A DNA stretch of 64,000 nt from an uncultured Candidatus Saccharibacteria bacterium (GTDB taxonomy: Bacteria; Patescibacteriota; Minisyncoccia; Phycocordibacterales; DSPV01): the NCBI GenBank assembly GCA_964617735.1, contig CAZTXT010000001.1, positions 532,776 through 596,775 on the forward strand, given 5' to 3'. The notes beneath the pieces were generated by a model. It searched no databases. It was not told the origin of the DNA and saw only the letters and a program-made list of their open reading frames with translations. Below are positions 27,668 to 37,525 of the stretch, piece by piece (the stretch's first letter is position 1; each line of letters opens with the position of its first letter). The position numbers were made by a program, and so were the translations under genes.

Positions 27668-27930
27668 ATGGATCAGGGGAGTGATAAAAAGACCCTCTTA
27701 CGGGGCGAGTTCAAGAAGCGTGTTGCGGGATATATTCTCGCCGGGCTCGGGCTCGTCGCCGGTCTTGCATGGAATGACGCGATAAAAGCGTTGATCGATT
27801 CCCTCTTTCCTTTCCGGTCAGCAAAAGTTCGCTACTTGCAAAATTCATTTATGCGCTCTTATTGACCGTAGTCATCACTGCCGTCGCGTTACTGTTGTTT
27901 AGAGAAGGATCGAGCGAAGGAAAATCCGAC
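27668..27930 (+). pseudogene. small membrane protein gene with apparent -1 frameshift near 27814
   Basis: Frame A gives MDQG...GLVAGLAWNDAIKALIDSLFPF, then a stop after 17 more residues. The -1 frame continues PVSKSSLLAKFIYALLLTVVITAVALLLFREG... with the hydrophobic helix expected for this protein type. The switch falls in a CTTTCCTTTCC run. Confidence 0.35.
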
Positions 27931-27951
27931 GAGCGCTAAGGTGAGATAAAG

Positions 27952-28893
27952 TCAGAAGAGATCGCGCGTAAGTTCAGGAAGAGAGAGGTTGACTTCAAAA
28001 GTCGAGGTATCTCCGACGTTTACATATAGCGAGAGCGTGTCGGTCTGCCCCTGTTTGACCACTCCGCCGCATGCATACACAACACGTCTAAGGCGTGGAT
28101 GCAATTGCGGCGCGAGCGAGCGCCCGCGTTTGTCGACAAAATCATCCGGAGTAAGAATCGGCTCCGGCGAGACCTTAAGCGTAAAAACGCCCTTGACCCG
28201 TTCAAGGCGCGCTTTCCCCAGGCTATAGATATAGCGACCACTCTGCCGCGCGATGCCGTGAAAGATCATCAGCGCCCGATTATCATCCAACCATATCGGG
28301 GGAAGCGCGGTTCCAATGCGCCAATGCGCCCAAGGAAGGTCGGTCGGGAATGAAAGATCTTGTATTTTTCGAGGAACCAGATTATAGAACGAGAATGTCA
28401 GGAGCGTATGCGAATACCCTTTCTGCTCGGGTCTACAGAAAAACGTGTGCGAATCGATAGGAGTGATGTTCTTACCCGGACCGAACCGTTCGACGACGGT
28501 AATGGCCGGAAGGACATCCTCACGCCAGGCGCGGCTGCTCAAACGCGTCAGGGCTGGATAGGGCTGATAGCCGCGTTTATCGCGCAAAAGCGCGGTAAGA
28601 CCGATAATGACCGAACCATCATCAAGAGCAAGAGCACGCGGATCCTCAAGCCAAAGACTATCTCCTGCAGGCTCCCAGACAACGTGCTCGCGCACTACCT
28701 TCCCCGCTTCATCGAACTCCGAGAGCACGAGACGCCCGAAGTCCGGGGTCTTTATATTGCGCGCCGCCTGTTCGACTTCGCGCATCAGCATGAAAAGTCC
28801 ACCGCTCGATGCATCCTGCCACGCCGCGACATTGTACCGCGCCGTTTTTATCCCTGAGAACAGATTCTTACTGTGTATGATATGGTGAGTCAT
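27952..28893 (-). CDS. GH130 / DUF377-like beta-propeller glycosidase-phosphorylase family protein
   Basis: C-terminal YACGGVV...LYVNVGDTSTF resembles the GH130/DUF377 terminal blade. Immediately downstream of the GT4 fusion gene. Confidence 0.45.
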   Translation of the reverse strand: MTHHIIHSKNLFSGIKTARYNVAAWQDASSGGLFMLMREVEQAARNIKTPDFGRLVLSEFDEAGKVVREHVVWEPAGDSLWLEDPRALALDDGSVIIGLTALLRDKRGYQPYPALTRLSSRAWREDVLPAITVVERFGPGKNITPIDSHTFFCRPEQKGYSHTLLTFSFYNLVPRKIQDLSFPTDLPWAHWRIGTALPPIWLDDNRALMIFHGIARQSGRYIYSLGKARLERVKGVFTLKVSPEPILTPDDFVDKRGRSLAPQLHPRLRRVVYACGGVVKQGQTDTLSLYVNVGDTSTFEVNLSLPELTRDLF

Positions 28894-31187
28894 GGCGCTG
28901 TCACGAAGATACGCGATGGAAACTCCTCTTTTATTTTCTTTGCGGAGAGCAACTCCTCGATGAGCTCTCGAGCAATGAGATACGAGAGCGTCGACTCCGC
29001 TCCTTGATTGTCGTTCACGCCATCTTCCATGAGTCCGTCGTGGCAAGCGCCGGTCGCTGGCTCGACGATTGGCAGACCCAAAAGATTATTTCCCAAAAAC
29101 CAATAGAACACCCGCCACGCTTTCTCTCTGAAACGATCGTCGAGCGTAACCCGATACGCCGATGCAAGCGCCTGGATCATTGCGAGCGGCTCTTCAGGCT
29201 GCTGATCGAAATCCGAGCGCTCTTTGTCGCGTATATGCCAACCTCTCTGCCCCACCGGCACATAGATACCGCCGCGGAAATTGTTCTGAAGCAGGAAATC
29301 AAGCGTCCGCAACCCGATCTCCCGATACTCCGAAACGTTCGTAGCGCGAAATGCCTCAAGGAGCGCCGCGGGAAGTGCGCCGTTGGCATAGGTGAGGTGC
29401 GGTTCGAACCATTGCCACCGATCGAGCGAATGTTCCTGGAAGCGGGCTACTAGAAAATCGGCTTGCTCGCGTATCCGCCGTGTCAGGTCATCGGCGTTTT
29501 TGCGGACCTGCTTGCGCGCAGGAGCCGCGACCCGAGTCAAACCTAAGAGCAAAAACGCCTTGGGTCGCGCATGTTTGAGAACCCTACCGCTGGTCAAAAA
29601 ACGCTTCCAGAGAAGACGCGCTTCATCGCGCAGCGGCAAAGGCAGCGAGGCCTGTCCGATAAGCGCTCCCAGCGCCCAGAGCGCGCGGCCATTGGCATCG
29701 TCGAGATCAACATGAGGACCTTCAGGAGGATCGACGATAGCGCGCTTCTCGCCGATGTAATTGTGGAATGATCCTCGCCCTGTTTGGCAAAAGGCGACCA
29801 CGTTGAGATATTTCCGCGCCAATGCCAGCAAACTCCGGTCGCCAGTTGAACGATATCGCTCTGTACAAACGAGCATCGCACGGGCGTTATCATCGAGCGT
29901 GTAGCCTGAAGAGGGCTCTGGCTCGCTACCGCGAGCGAACTGTATCATGCCGAATCGATCCGTCATCTTCTCCAGGTGATCCAATGAAAAAGACGGCAAG
30001 AGCCGCACCCTATCCTCTAAGGATGGTGCAATCCGCATGCACTCTTCCTGGTAGGAGAGCGCGCAATTGGGCCAGAGCATCCCTCTCGTCATCTCATATG
30101 CCCGCAACTGCATGCGTTTGCGAGCGCGGGGATTGTCAAGAAGCGTAAGTATCGCTCGACTGAATTCATCTGGCTTCCTAAAATCTACCAGTATACCCAT
30201 ATTCTTCCGTACGATAAGTTCTTTCGCTTGCGCGAACTTCGTTGAGACGATGCAGCGGCCGCTCCCGAGAGCGTAAGAAAAGGTGCCGCTCACCGTCTGA
30301 TCCGGATCAAGCGATGTAGCGACGTAGATATCCGTCATCGCAAGGAATTTTAGAAGCTCGGGGAGGCTTTGATAGCGGCTGTAGAACTTCACATGCTTCT
30401 CGAGCTTGAGACGCTTGACCAGACGGATCAGACTCTTGCGATACTGTTCGCCATGCTGTGCCTGCACCAAGGGATGGGTCCGACCGATGAGCCAATACTC
30501 TGTATCCGGATGTTCTTTGACTATGGCCGGAAGCGATTCGATGACATACTCGATACCCTTACCGGGGCTCAAAAATCCGAACGTTGCCAGCACCTTTTTC
30601 TTGGAGAGTCCAGCGCGCGCTTTGGCATCCTCGGGAAAATGAAAAGCACTGGGGTGAACCCCATGCGGTATCGCGACGATCTGCTTGTCCGGAACCTTAT
30701 AAAGACGCGTCAGCGTATCGCGGGAATGACGGGACATCACGACGATGGAGCGCGCTTTCGGGATAAGCCGCTTCGTAACTGCCATCATCTCGGGAGAGGG
30801 GCGGGAGAGCGCGGAGTGCAAGACCAGCATGACGGGCTTTTTGATGCGATCGAGGAACTCGAGCAGATAATCTCCACAGACTCCGCCGAAGATCCCGTAC
30901 TCATGCTGGATGATAATGCACGAGATATCACTCCGTTTGTTGAGATTCTCGGCAAGGGAGAGATAGTCAGCTTTGCGATCGCGCCGGACCATCCAGCGCA
31001 CTTCCTTGGGATACCGTGAGCGTTCGATCCCCGTGATATCAACGGCCGCGACCTGAAAACGGATGCCCGGCTCAAAAAGCATCCGCTGGGCTTTAACAAG
31101 GTCGGCAGTGAACGTCGAAATCCCGTCCTCGTACGGCGGATAAGTCCCCAGGGTAACGATGGTCTGGACAGTTCGTTCTGCGCTCAT
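28890..31187 (-). CDS. GT4-family glycosyltransferase fused to C-terminal (alpha/alpha)6-barrel glycoside-hydrolase-like domain
   Basis: N-terminal 370 aa match the GT-B/GT4 fold (EX7E-like region, HGV motif). The C-terminal 400 aa resemble six-hairpin glycosidase-like domains. Confidence 0.55.
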   Translation of the reverse strand: MSAERTVQTIVTLGTYPPYEDGISTFTADLVKAQRMLFEPGIRFQVAAVDITGIERSRYPKEVRWMVRRDRKADYLSLAENLNKRSDISCIIIQHEYGIFGGVCGDYLLEFLDRIKKPVMLVLHSALSRPSPEMMAVTKRLIPKARSIVVMSRHSRDTLTRLYKVPDKQIVAIPHGVHPSAFHFPEDAKARAGLSKKKVLATFGFLSPGKGIEYVIESLPAIVKEHPDTEYWLIGRTHPLVQAQHGEQYRKSLIRLVKRLKLEKHVKFYSRYQSLPELLKFLAMTDIYVATSLDPDQTVSGTFSYALGSGRCIVSTKFAQAKELIVRKNMGILVDFRKPDEFSRAILTLLDNPRARKRMQLRAYEMTRGMLWPNCALSYQEECMRIAPSLEDRVRLLPSFSLDHLEKMTDRFGMIQFARGSEPEPSSGYTLDDNARAMLVCTERYRSTGDRSLLALARKYLNVVAFCQTGRGSFHNYIGEKRAIVDPPEGPHVDLDDANGRALWALGALIGQASLPLPLRDEARLLWKRFLTSGRVLKHARPKAFLLLGLTRVAAPARKQVRKNADDLTRRIREQADFLVARFQEHSLDRWQWFEPHLTYANGALPAALLEAFRATNVSEYREIGLRTLDFLLQNNFRGGIYVPVGQRGWHIRDKERSDFDQQPEEPLAMIQALASAYRVTLDDRFREKAWRVFYWFLGNNLLGLPIVEPATGACHDGLMEDGVNDNQGAESTLSYLIARELIEELLSAKKIKEEFPSRIFVTAP

Positions 31188-31330
31188 AGGCGATTATGGT
31201 TATGAAGACTTAATGGATGCAACTTGATTACGATAGGCCTTAGCATACCACGCGCGAACACGATTTCCGTAGAGTATTCAGGATCATCGGTACATGCTAT
31301 CATTCCTCTATACTCTAAAATTATCCAACC

Positions 31331-31621
31331 ATGAGCGACGCACAGCAACTTGAATTCCTCAAGCGAGAACTCGAACGGGAAACGCAAACCATCGAGCACA
31401 AGAAGCGTGAACTGGAGCGAGCCGAGGAAGATTTGAATAGGAAAAAACAGAATCTCGAACAAGAGCTTAAGCACGAAGAGGGGCATGTGGCGACACTGCG
31501 CAGAGAGCTCGATCCCCTCTTGCATGCACGGGAGCACCGACACGATGAGATCCACCGTATCGAGCAGGAACTTGAGCATAAACGACAAGAGGAAACGCGA
31601 AAGAAACACGAAGATCAATAA
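31331..31621 (+). CDS. highly charged coiled-coil protein
   Basis: 96 aa with repeated KRELER/EQELEH heptad-like units. A TATACT -10 lies upstream. Confidence 0.4.
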   Translation: MSDAQQLEFLKRELERETQTIEHKKRELERAEEDLNRKKQNLEQELKHEEGHVATLRRELDPLLHAREHRHDEIHRIEQELEHKRQEETRKKHEDQ

Positions 31622-31657
31622 CGACGAGATTTTCTGTGGTACTTGGGATCGTATCGA

Positions 31658-32569
31658 TCAATCGAATATAGAAACGAGATAGAGATCCAGTTCACGCTGA
31701 TCCACATCGTAAAAATTGCGATCATCATCGTGAAGCGCGGTCGCGAGCGCGACACCGACGAATCGCCAATGCCATGGCTCGAACTGATAATACATATTAT
31801 GCTCCGGATACGAGAGGATGAATCCGTACCGATACGCATTATCGAGAAGCCACTGGTAGGCGGAGGAATTCTTGAAGGGATCGAGTGTCGATCCGATTGC
31901 GGGCGTCGTGAAATCGACGGCGGTACCGAGCTGATGCTCGGAATATCCTTGGTCGGCGGAGAACTGATTCGCGCCTGAACCAAAAACTACCTTATAGCTG
32001 TATTTGAGCGTCGCTTGCGTACCAAAAGAGCGGTAGGCAGAGAGGATCCGTATCGGCACGCTCGAAGAAGCGGCGGCCTGCAATAGGGCCTGTAGATGCG
32101 GCCAGACGAGCGTGTGAATGGAGAGGGGCTTTGTCTTGTCGAATGCGAATTCGGAAGTATGGATATCAGTGAGCGACGAGGGGACGTAATTTTCGTTCAA
32201 GAAATATACTTTTGAATACTTCTGCAGAAGCTCGCGGTCGATCTTGCTTAATTTCTCATACGTTCCCAGTATCGTCGTGACACTTTTGAGCTGGTTGTCG
32301 TAATAGTCATTCTTCCCCCTCGCTTCGTTCAAAGCCTCCGCGAGGGTGACATTGTCTTGTGTCGTACTCGAAAGCTGTGCGGCGATGAGCTGCAGCGCAT
32401 GATTTTGCGAGTCAGTAGTCGAAGCAAACTGGAGCTTAGCGCTCTCGAATTTTGCAGAGAGCGTACTATAGCGATAGTATCCATACCCAAAACCTGCCAG
32501 AACTGCGAGAAAGAACAGCAACTCAAGCGTGGTCCGTACCGACAGGGATTGATGCGATTTCGCGTTCAT
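31658..32569 (-). CDS. D-alanyl-D-alanine carboxypeptidase, VanY/peptidase M15B family
   Basis: N-terminal TM and the zinc-binding pattern SYPEHNMYYQFEPWHWRFVG characteristic of VanY. Confidence 0.7.
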   Translation of the reverse strand: MNAKSHQSLSVRTTLELLFFLAVLAGFGYGYYRYSTLSAKFESAKLQFASTTDSQNHALQLIAAQLSSTTQDNVTLAEALNEARGKNDYYDNQLKSVTTILGTYEKLSKIDRELLQKYSKVYFLNENYVPSSLTDIHTSEFAFDKTKPLSIHTLVWPHLQALLQAAASSSVPIRILSAYRSFGTQATLKYSYKVVFGSGANQFSADQGYSEHQLGTAVDFTTPAIGSTLDPFKNSSAYQWLLDNAYRYGFILSYPEHNMYYQFEPWHWRFVGVALATALHDDDRNFYDVDQRELDLYLVSIFD

Positions 32570-33080
32570 GAACTACATAATAGCATAAGGGCCGTCCCGA
32601 CGTACGTCGGGACGGCCCGTTCTCTGCTTGGATTATCGCCGAGCTCCATGTGCTCAAACTGACCCGGCACCGATTCATTCCCAGAACGCGCTTTGCATGG
32701 AAGGAAACGCGACACTATGATTGCTAAAGAGGTTCGGAGGACGGCGTTGCCGTTTCCGCTTGAAATTGTGCAGGTAAACCTCGTACGGAGAGAGGGATCC
32801 GAACTTGAGTTTCGAATCGAACACGCGCTGTTTCTTTATTCGGTCAAGTCTCGCGTCAATGAGGTCAAGCTCAGTGTAATGCTTTATAAGGAACGTGATC
32901 CTCGATGTGTCTGTATGCCTTTTCGGGGGCATGAATTTCCAGAATTCCTGGAGAACAAAAGCCGATAACGGCTCGAATGAGGGTATACTCATATCTCCCT
33001 CAAGTATACCGGACCGATCGGACTGTGCCAAAAATAACCGGCTTGCTATACTAACGGATGAATACGCTAACGCCAAAACG

Positions 33081-33983
33081 GTGAACCGAAAGAGTTTGTT
33101 CCTATTTATAGCGCTAGGTGTCATACTGATGATCACATACGCGGTGTTCATCGGAGGCGGACGCTTGGTAGTGCTCAATCCGCAGGGAACCATCAGTCTT
33201 GAAGAGCGCAATCTTATCGCAACGGCGGTGCTCTTGATGCTTACCATCGTCATACCCGCTCTGGTGATGACCTTCTATTTCGCGTGGAGATACCGTGCGG
33301 GCAATACGAAAGAGATATATGCGCCGGATTGGTCGGGGAATCCGCGCATCCAGCTTATCTGGTGGGTCGTGCCAGCTGCGGTCATTTCCATCCTCGCTCT
33401 GATCACCTGGCGTGGCACTCACGCCCTCGACCCATACAAACCCATCGCTTCCGATGAAAAGCCACTGACCATACAAGTCGTTGCCCTTCGTTGGAAATGG
33501 CTTTTTATTTACCCTGACCTCAATATCGCGACGGTAAACACTCTTGAGCTTCCCGTCGGCACGCCGCTTAATTTTGAGCTTACGGCTGATGCGCCCATGA
33601 GTTCTTTCTGGATACCAGCGTTGGGCGGCCAGATGTATGCGATGGCAGGTATGACAACGCAGCTTCATCTCTTAGCCAATGCACCGGGAACATTCAAAGG
33701 CTCCAATGCCGAGATCAGTGGCGCTGGATTTTCAAGTATGACGTTTCCGGTAAAGGCGCTGTCGCGCGATGATTTCAATGTTTGGGTCTTGACTGCACGC
33801 GCATCGGGACGAGTGCTCAACGCAGATGAATACGCAACCGTGGCGAAACCGAGCGAGAATGCGCCGATACAGTATTATTCTTCCGTCCAAGACGACCTGT
33901 ATACTATGATAATGATGAGCTATATGATGCCGATGCCGGAGATGACCGGAAGCACAGAACCAACAGCGGATAGCCATTATTGA
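33081..33983 (+). CDS. cyoA: cytochrome bo3 ubiquinol oxidase subunit II
   Basis: Close to the E. coli CyoA pattern (WKWLFIYPD, IPALGGQMYAMAGMTTQLHLLANAPGTF). CuA Cys ligands are absent, as expected for quinol oxidases. GTG start inferred. Confidence 0.8.
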   Translation: MNRKSLFLFIALGVILMITYAVFIGGGRLVVLNPQGTISLEERNLIATAVLLMLTIVIPALVMTFYFAWRYRAGNTKEIYAPDWSGNPRIQLIWWVVPAAVISILALITWRGTHALDPYKPIASDEKPLTIQVVALRWKWLFIYPDLNIATVNTLELPVGTPLNFELTADAPMSSFWIPALGGQMYAMAGMTTQLHLLANAPGTFKGSNAEISGAGFSSMTFPVKALSRDDFNVWVLTARASGRVLNADEYATVAKPSENAPIQYYSSVQDDLYTMIMMSYMMPMPEMTGSTEPTADSHY

Positions 33984-34002
33984 ATATGATGCGTGCACAC
34001 AC

Positions 34003-35979
34003 ATGAACATTCTCTTTGGAAAACTCACTCCCGCGGCGCTTCCCCACGAATGGTTCACGATCGGCGGAACCATCGCGATGGCCGCCACCGGTCTCTGCAT
34101 CGCCTTCCTTTTGACCTATTACAAGCGGTGGAAATGGCTTTGGAGCGAATGGTTGACCTCAACCGACCCTAAGAGGATCGGTATCATGTACATGGTGGTC
34201 GCCTCGGCGATGTTCGTGCGCGGCGCACTCGATGCCGTGATGATCTGGCTCCAACAATCTCTCGCCTCCGGCTCATCGCACGGCTACCTCTCGGCAGACC
34301 ATTTTCAGCAGATATTCACCGCGCACGGCAATATCATGGTCTTCTTCGTTACGATGGGATTCCTCTTCGGATTGATGAACCTGATACTGCCGCTTCAGAT
34401 CGGTGCTCGCGACCTCGCATTCCCCTTCCTTAATTCTTTGAGCTTCTGGCTCTACGTCGCTGGCGCGCTCCTCATCAATATGTTCTTCGTCGCGGGAGGC
34501 GAATTTGCCGCAACGGGGTGGCTCGCGGTTGCTCCGCTCTCGGGCATCCAATACAGCCCGGGGGTCGGGGTGGATTATTGGATATGGAGCCTGCAGGTCT
34601 CCGGACTCGGAACATTGTTAGGCGGCATCAATTTTTTGGTTACTATCATTAAAATGCGGGCGCCCGGCATGACGCTGATGAAAATGCCTCTCTTCACATG
34701 GACATCGCTGTGCAGCATGGTCCTTATCGTCTCGGTCTTCCCTATTCTCGCCGCCACGATCGCGCTCCTCTTCCTCGATCGGTTCTTTGGCTTGCATTTC
34801 TTCACCTCAAGCTTTGGCGGGAACCCCATGATGTACATCAATCTCATCTGGTCATGGGGACATCCGGAAGTCTATATTCTCATCCTTCCTGCGTTCGGAG
34901 TTTTCAGCGAGGTAGTCTCTACGTTCTCGCAGAAACGCCTCTTCGGCTACACCTCGATGGTCGCCGCCGCGATCGGCATCACGCTTCTCTCTCTCCTGGT
35001 CTGGCTGCACCACTTCTTTACGATGGGAGCTGGCGCTGACGTCAACGCGTTCTTCGGCATCATGACCATGTTCATTTCAGTACCTACCGGCCTCCAGGTC
35101 TTCAACTGGATCTGTACGATGTACAGAGGCAAGATCGTCTTTTCGACCCCGATGTACTGGTTCCTCGGTTTCGTCGGCACCTTCACGTTCGGCGGCATGG
35201 CGGGAGTCCTCATGGCAATCCCTCCGGCCGATTTCCAACTGCATAACAGTTTATTCCTCGTCGCCCACTTCCACACGATGATCATCGGAGGCGCGCTCTT
35301 CGGAATATTCGCCGGCTTTACCTATTGGTTCCCCAAAGTCATGGGGTTTCGGCTCAATGAACGCCTCGGTAAATATGCCTTTTGGTGTTGGCTCGTCGGC
35401 TTCTTCGTATCATTCGTCCCCCTCTATATTTTGGGGCTGATGGGCGCGACCCGCCGCCTCGACCACTACGATGCCTCGACAGGCTGGCAACCCCTTTTTA
35501 TGATCGCACTCCTCGGCTCTCTGATCATCACCGTTGGGGTTATCTTCCAGTTGGTCCAAATCATCGTGAGCATCAAACAGCGGAAACTGAATACCGATAC
35601 GACGGGCGATCCATGGAATGGGCGGACGCTTGAATGGTCAACCGCATCCCCCGCACCAGCTTACAATTTTGCATTGATACCACGCGTGGAGAGCCGCGAT
35701 GCATTTTGGGAAATGAAAAAAGGCAAGAAACCGCGACTCTCGGGCGCTGATTTTAAGGACATCCTGATGCCCAAAAACACTCCGATCGGCATTTATATCG
35801 CAGGATTCGTATTTCTCTTCGGCTTCGCGGCCGTCTGGCATATCATTTGGCTTATGATCGCAGGTATCATCGGGGCGATCGCCTGCGCCGTGATCCGCAT
35901 GTTCGACGAGGAAACCGAATACACTATCCCCGCGAGCGAGATCGCGAAAATAGAAGCCCAAAGAACTGTTCATGGATAA
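34003..35979 (+). CDS. cyoB: cytochrome bo3 ubiquinol oxidase subunit I
   Basis: 658 aa heme-copper oxidase subunit I with conserved His ligands (HPEVYILILPAFG, HHFFTMG). Confidence 0.9.
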   Translation: MNILFGKLTPAALPHEWFTIGGTIAMAATGLCIAFLLTYYKRWKWLWSEWLTSTDPKRIGIMYMVVASAMFVRGALDAVMIWLQQSLASGSSHGYLSADHFQQIFTAHGNIMVFFVTMGFLFGLMNLILPLQIGARDLAFPFLNSLSFWLYVAGALLINMFFVAGGEFAATGWLAVAPLSGIQYSPGVGVDYWIWSLQVSGLGTLLGGINFLVTIIKMRAPGMTLMKMPLFTWTSLCSMVLIVSVFPILAATIALLFLDRFFGLHFFTSSFGGNPMMYINLIWSWGHPEVYILILPAFGVFSEVVSTFSQKRLFGYTSMVAAAIGITLLSLLVWLHHFFTMGAGADVNAFFGIMTMFISVPTGLQVFNWICTMYRGKIVFSTPMYWFLGFVGTFTFGGMAGVLMAIPPADFQLHNSLFLVAHFHTMIIGGALFGIFAGFTYWFPKVMGFRLNERLGKYAFWCWLVGFFVSFVPLYILGLMGATRRLDHYDASTGWQPLFMIALLGSLIITVGVIFQLVQIIVSIKQRKLNTDTTGDPWNGRTLEWSTASPAPAYNFALIPRVESRDAFWEMKKGKKPRLSGADFKDILMPKNTPIGIYIAGFVFLFGFAAVWHIIWLMIAGIIGAIACAVIRMFDEETEYTIPASEIAKIEAQRTVHG

Positions 35980-36541
35980 GTACGACCAGGGCGAAAAAAA
36001 TATCTTCGGTTTCTGGGTCTATCTGATGACCGACCTCTTAATGTTCGGCGTGCTGTTCGCGGCGTACGCGGTTCTGCGCACGAATACCTTCGGCGGTCCG
36101 GGAGGTCGTGATCTCTTCAATCTTCCATTTGCGCTCACCGAAACGCTCATACTCCTGACGTCGAGCTTCACCTGCGGCCTCTCTATGCTTGCTGCGCGTG
36201 AGCATCGGATGAGCGGGGTGGTCACGTGGCTTGGCACTACGTTCATTTTGGGAATCACCTTCCTCGTCCTGGAACTGAAAGAATTCTCGCACCTCGTAAG
36301 CGACGGAAACGGACCGCAGCACAGCGCTTTTCTGTCCTCATTCTTCACGCTCGTGGGAACGCACGGCTTGCACATCACCTTCGGCCTCTTGTTCATCACA
36401 ATACTGCTTGTCCAAGCATCACGACAAGGTCTCACCGAAGCGATGGTGAATCGGCTCGCACGCATGAGCATGTTCTGGCATTTTCTCGATGTCGTATGGA
36501 TATTCATATTTACCATCGTTTACCTTTCAGCCTTCGTTTAG
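35972..36541 (+). CDS. cyoC: cytochrome bo3 ubiquinol oxidase subunit III
   Basis: IFGFWVYLMTDLLMFGVLFAAYAVL matches the CyoC N-terminus. Five TM helices. Confidence 0.85.
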   Translation: MDKYDQGEKNIFGFWVYLMTDLLMFGVLFAAYAVLRTNTFGGPGGRDLFNLPFALTETLILLTSSFTCGLSMLAAREHRMSGVVTWLGTTFILGITFLVLELKEFSHLVSDGNGPQHSAFLSSFFTLVGTHGLHITFGLLFITILLVQASRQGLTEAMVNRLARMSMFWHFLDVVWIFIFTIVYLSAFV

Positions 36542-36555
36542 TACCGATCAAGAAC

Positions 36556-36915
36556 ATGGAGACACCGAAAGAAAACCAGAAACTCACGCTATCCTATATC
36601 ATAGGGTTCATCGCTTCCCTTGTGCTGACACTGGTCGCGTATTTTCTGGTCGCTGGTCATCGGTTCGAGGGCGGCGTATTACTATCAGCGATCCTTGGCC
36701 TGGCGATAATCCAGCTTTTGGTGCAGCTGATCTGTTTCCTACATATCGGACACGAGACCGGACCTCGATGGAACCTCGCCGCGCTCATCTCCACCCTCTC
36801 CGTCATTGGTATCGTCGTGGTCGGGTCGCTGTGGATCATGGCGCATCTCAACTACAACATGACACCAACGGAGGTTGATTCGTACGTGATGCACCAGGAA
36901 GGAATGCAGAAATAA
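36556..36915 (+). CDS. cyoD: cytochrome bo3 ubiquinol oxidase subunit IV
   Basis: 119 aa with three TM helices. Sits between cyoC and cyoE. Confidence 0.75.
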   Translation: METPKENQKLTLSYIIGFIASLVLTLVAYFLVAGHRFEGGVLLSAILGLAIIQLLVQLICFLHIGHETGPRWNLAALISTLSVIGIVVVGSLWIMAHLNYNMTPTEVDSYVMHQEGMQK

Positions 36916-36988
36916 AAAAGCTCGCACCAGAGGTACGAGCAGTTAAACATGCATAGAGTGTCCTTTCTCCTAAAGTTGTTTAAGTCTT

Positions 36989-37396
36989 TTAGTCAGGAAT
37001 CTCGACAACGCTTCCGGCGCTTCGAAATGCTCGGCGCAAAAAGCGTTCTCTCTTCTCAGCTGCCACACGGGGCAAGAGGCCACGAACCTGATAGCATAAC
37101 CAAATGAGTTTGGCTCCACCCTCCCTTTTCTTGAAGTGATGAGCCAATTTGATTATATCCTCGATGAGATCCGGAGACTCGCACAGAACTTTCCGTGCCA
37201 AGTCTTTGAACTCACTGATGGATGTGTGTCCTTGAATCAGAAACATCCGTTCTGATTTGTTGCCCTTCCGAGCAAGTTGTCTTGCAACATCTTCGCGCTC
37301 CTTTAACATTCGCGCTTGATCTGCTAACACCTGGCTCTTTTCTTCGTCCGTGATTAACCCGACTTTGTTCAATGCATCAGCTAATGAGGTAGACAT
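36989..37396 (-). CDS. hypothetical protein
   Basis: 135-aa ORF with no recognised motif. Confidence 0.35.
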   Translation of the reverse strand: MSTSLADALNKVGLITDEEKSQVLADQARMLKEREDVARQLARKGNKSERMFLIQGHTSISEFKDLARKVLCESPDLIEDIIKLAHHFKKREGGAKLIWLCYQVRGLLPRVAAEKRERFLRRAFRSAGSVVEIPD

Positions 37397-37525
37397 AAAC
37401 AGTATTTTTGGTGTTCTTTATCATGGATCCGCTAGCAGAAACTAGCTTCTCCAAATCCAATAGCACATTAACACAACATACGATGTATTGTCAACATCTC
37501 TAAAACGGCCTATTTCCTATATAAT

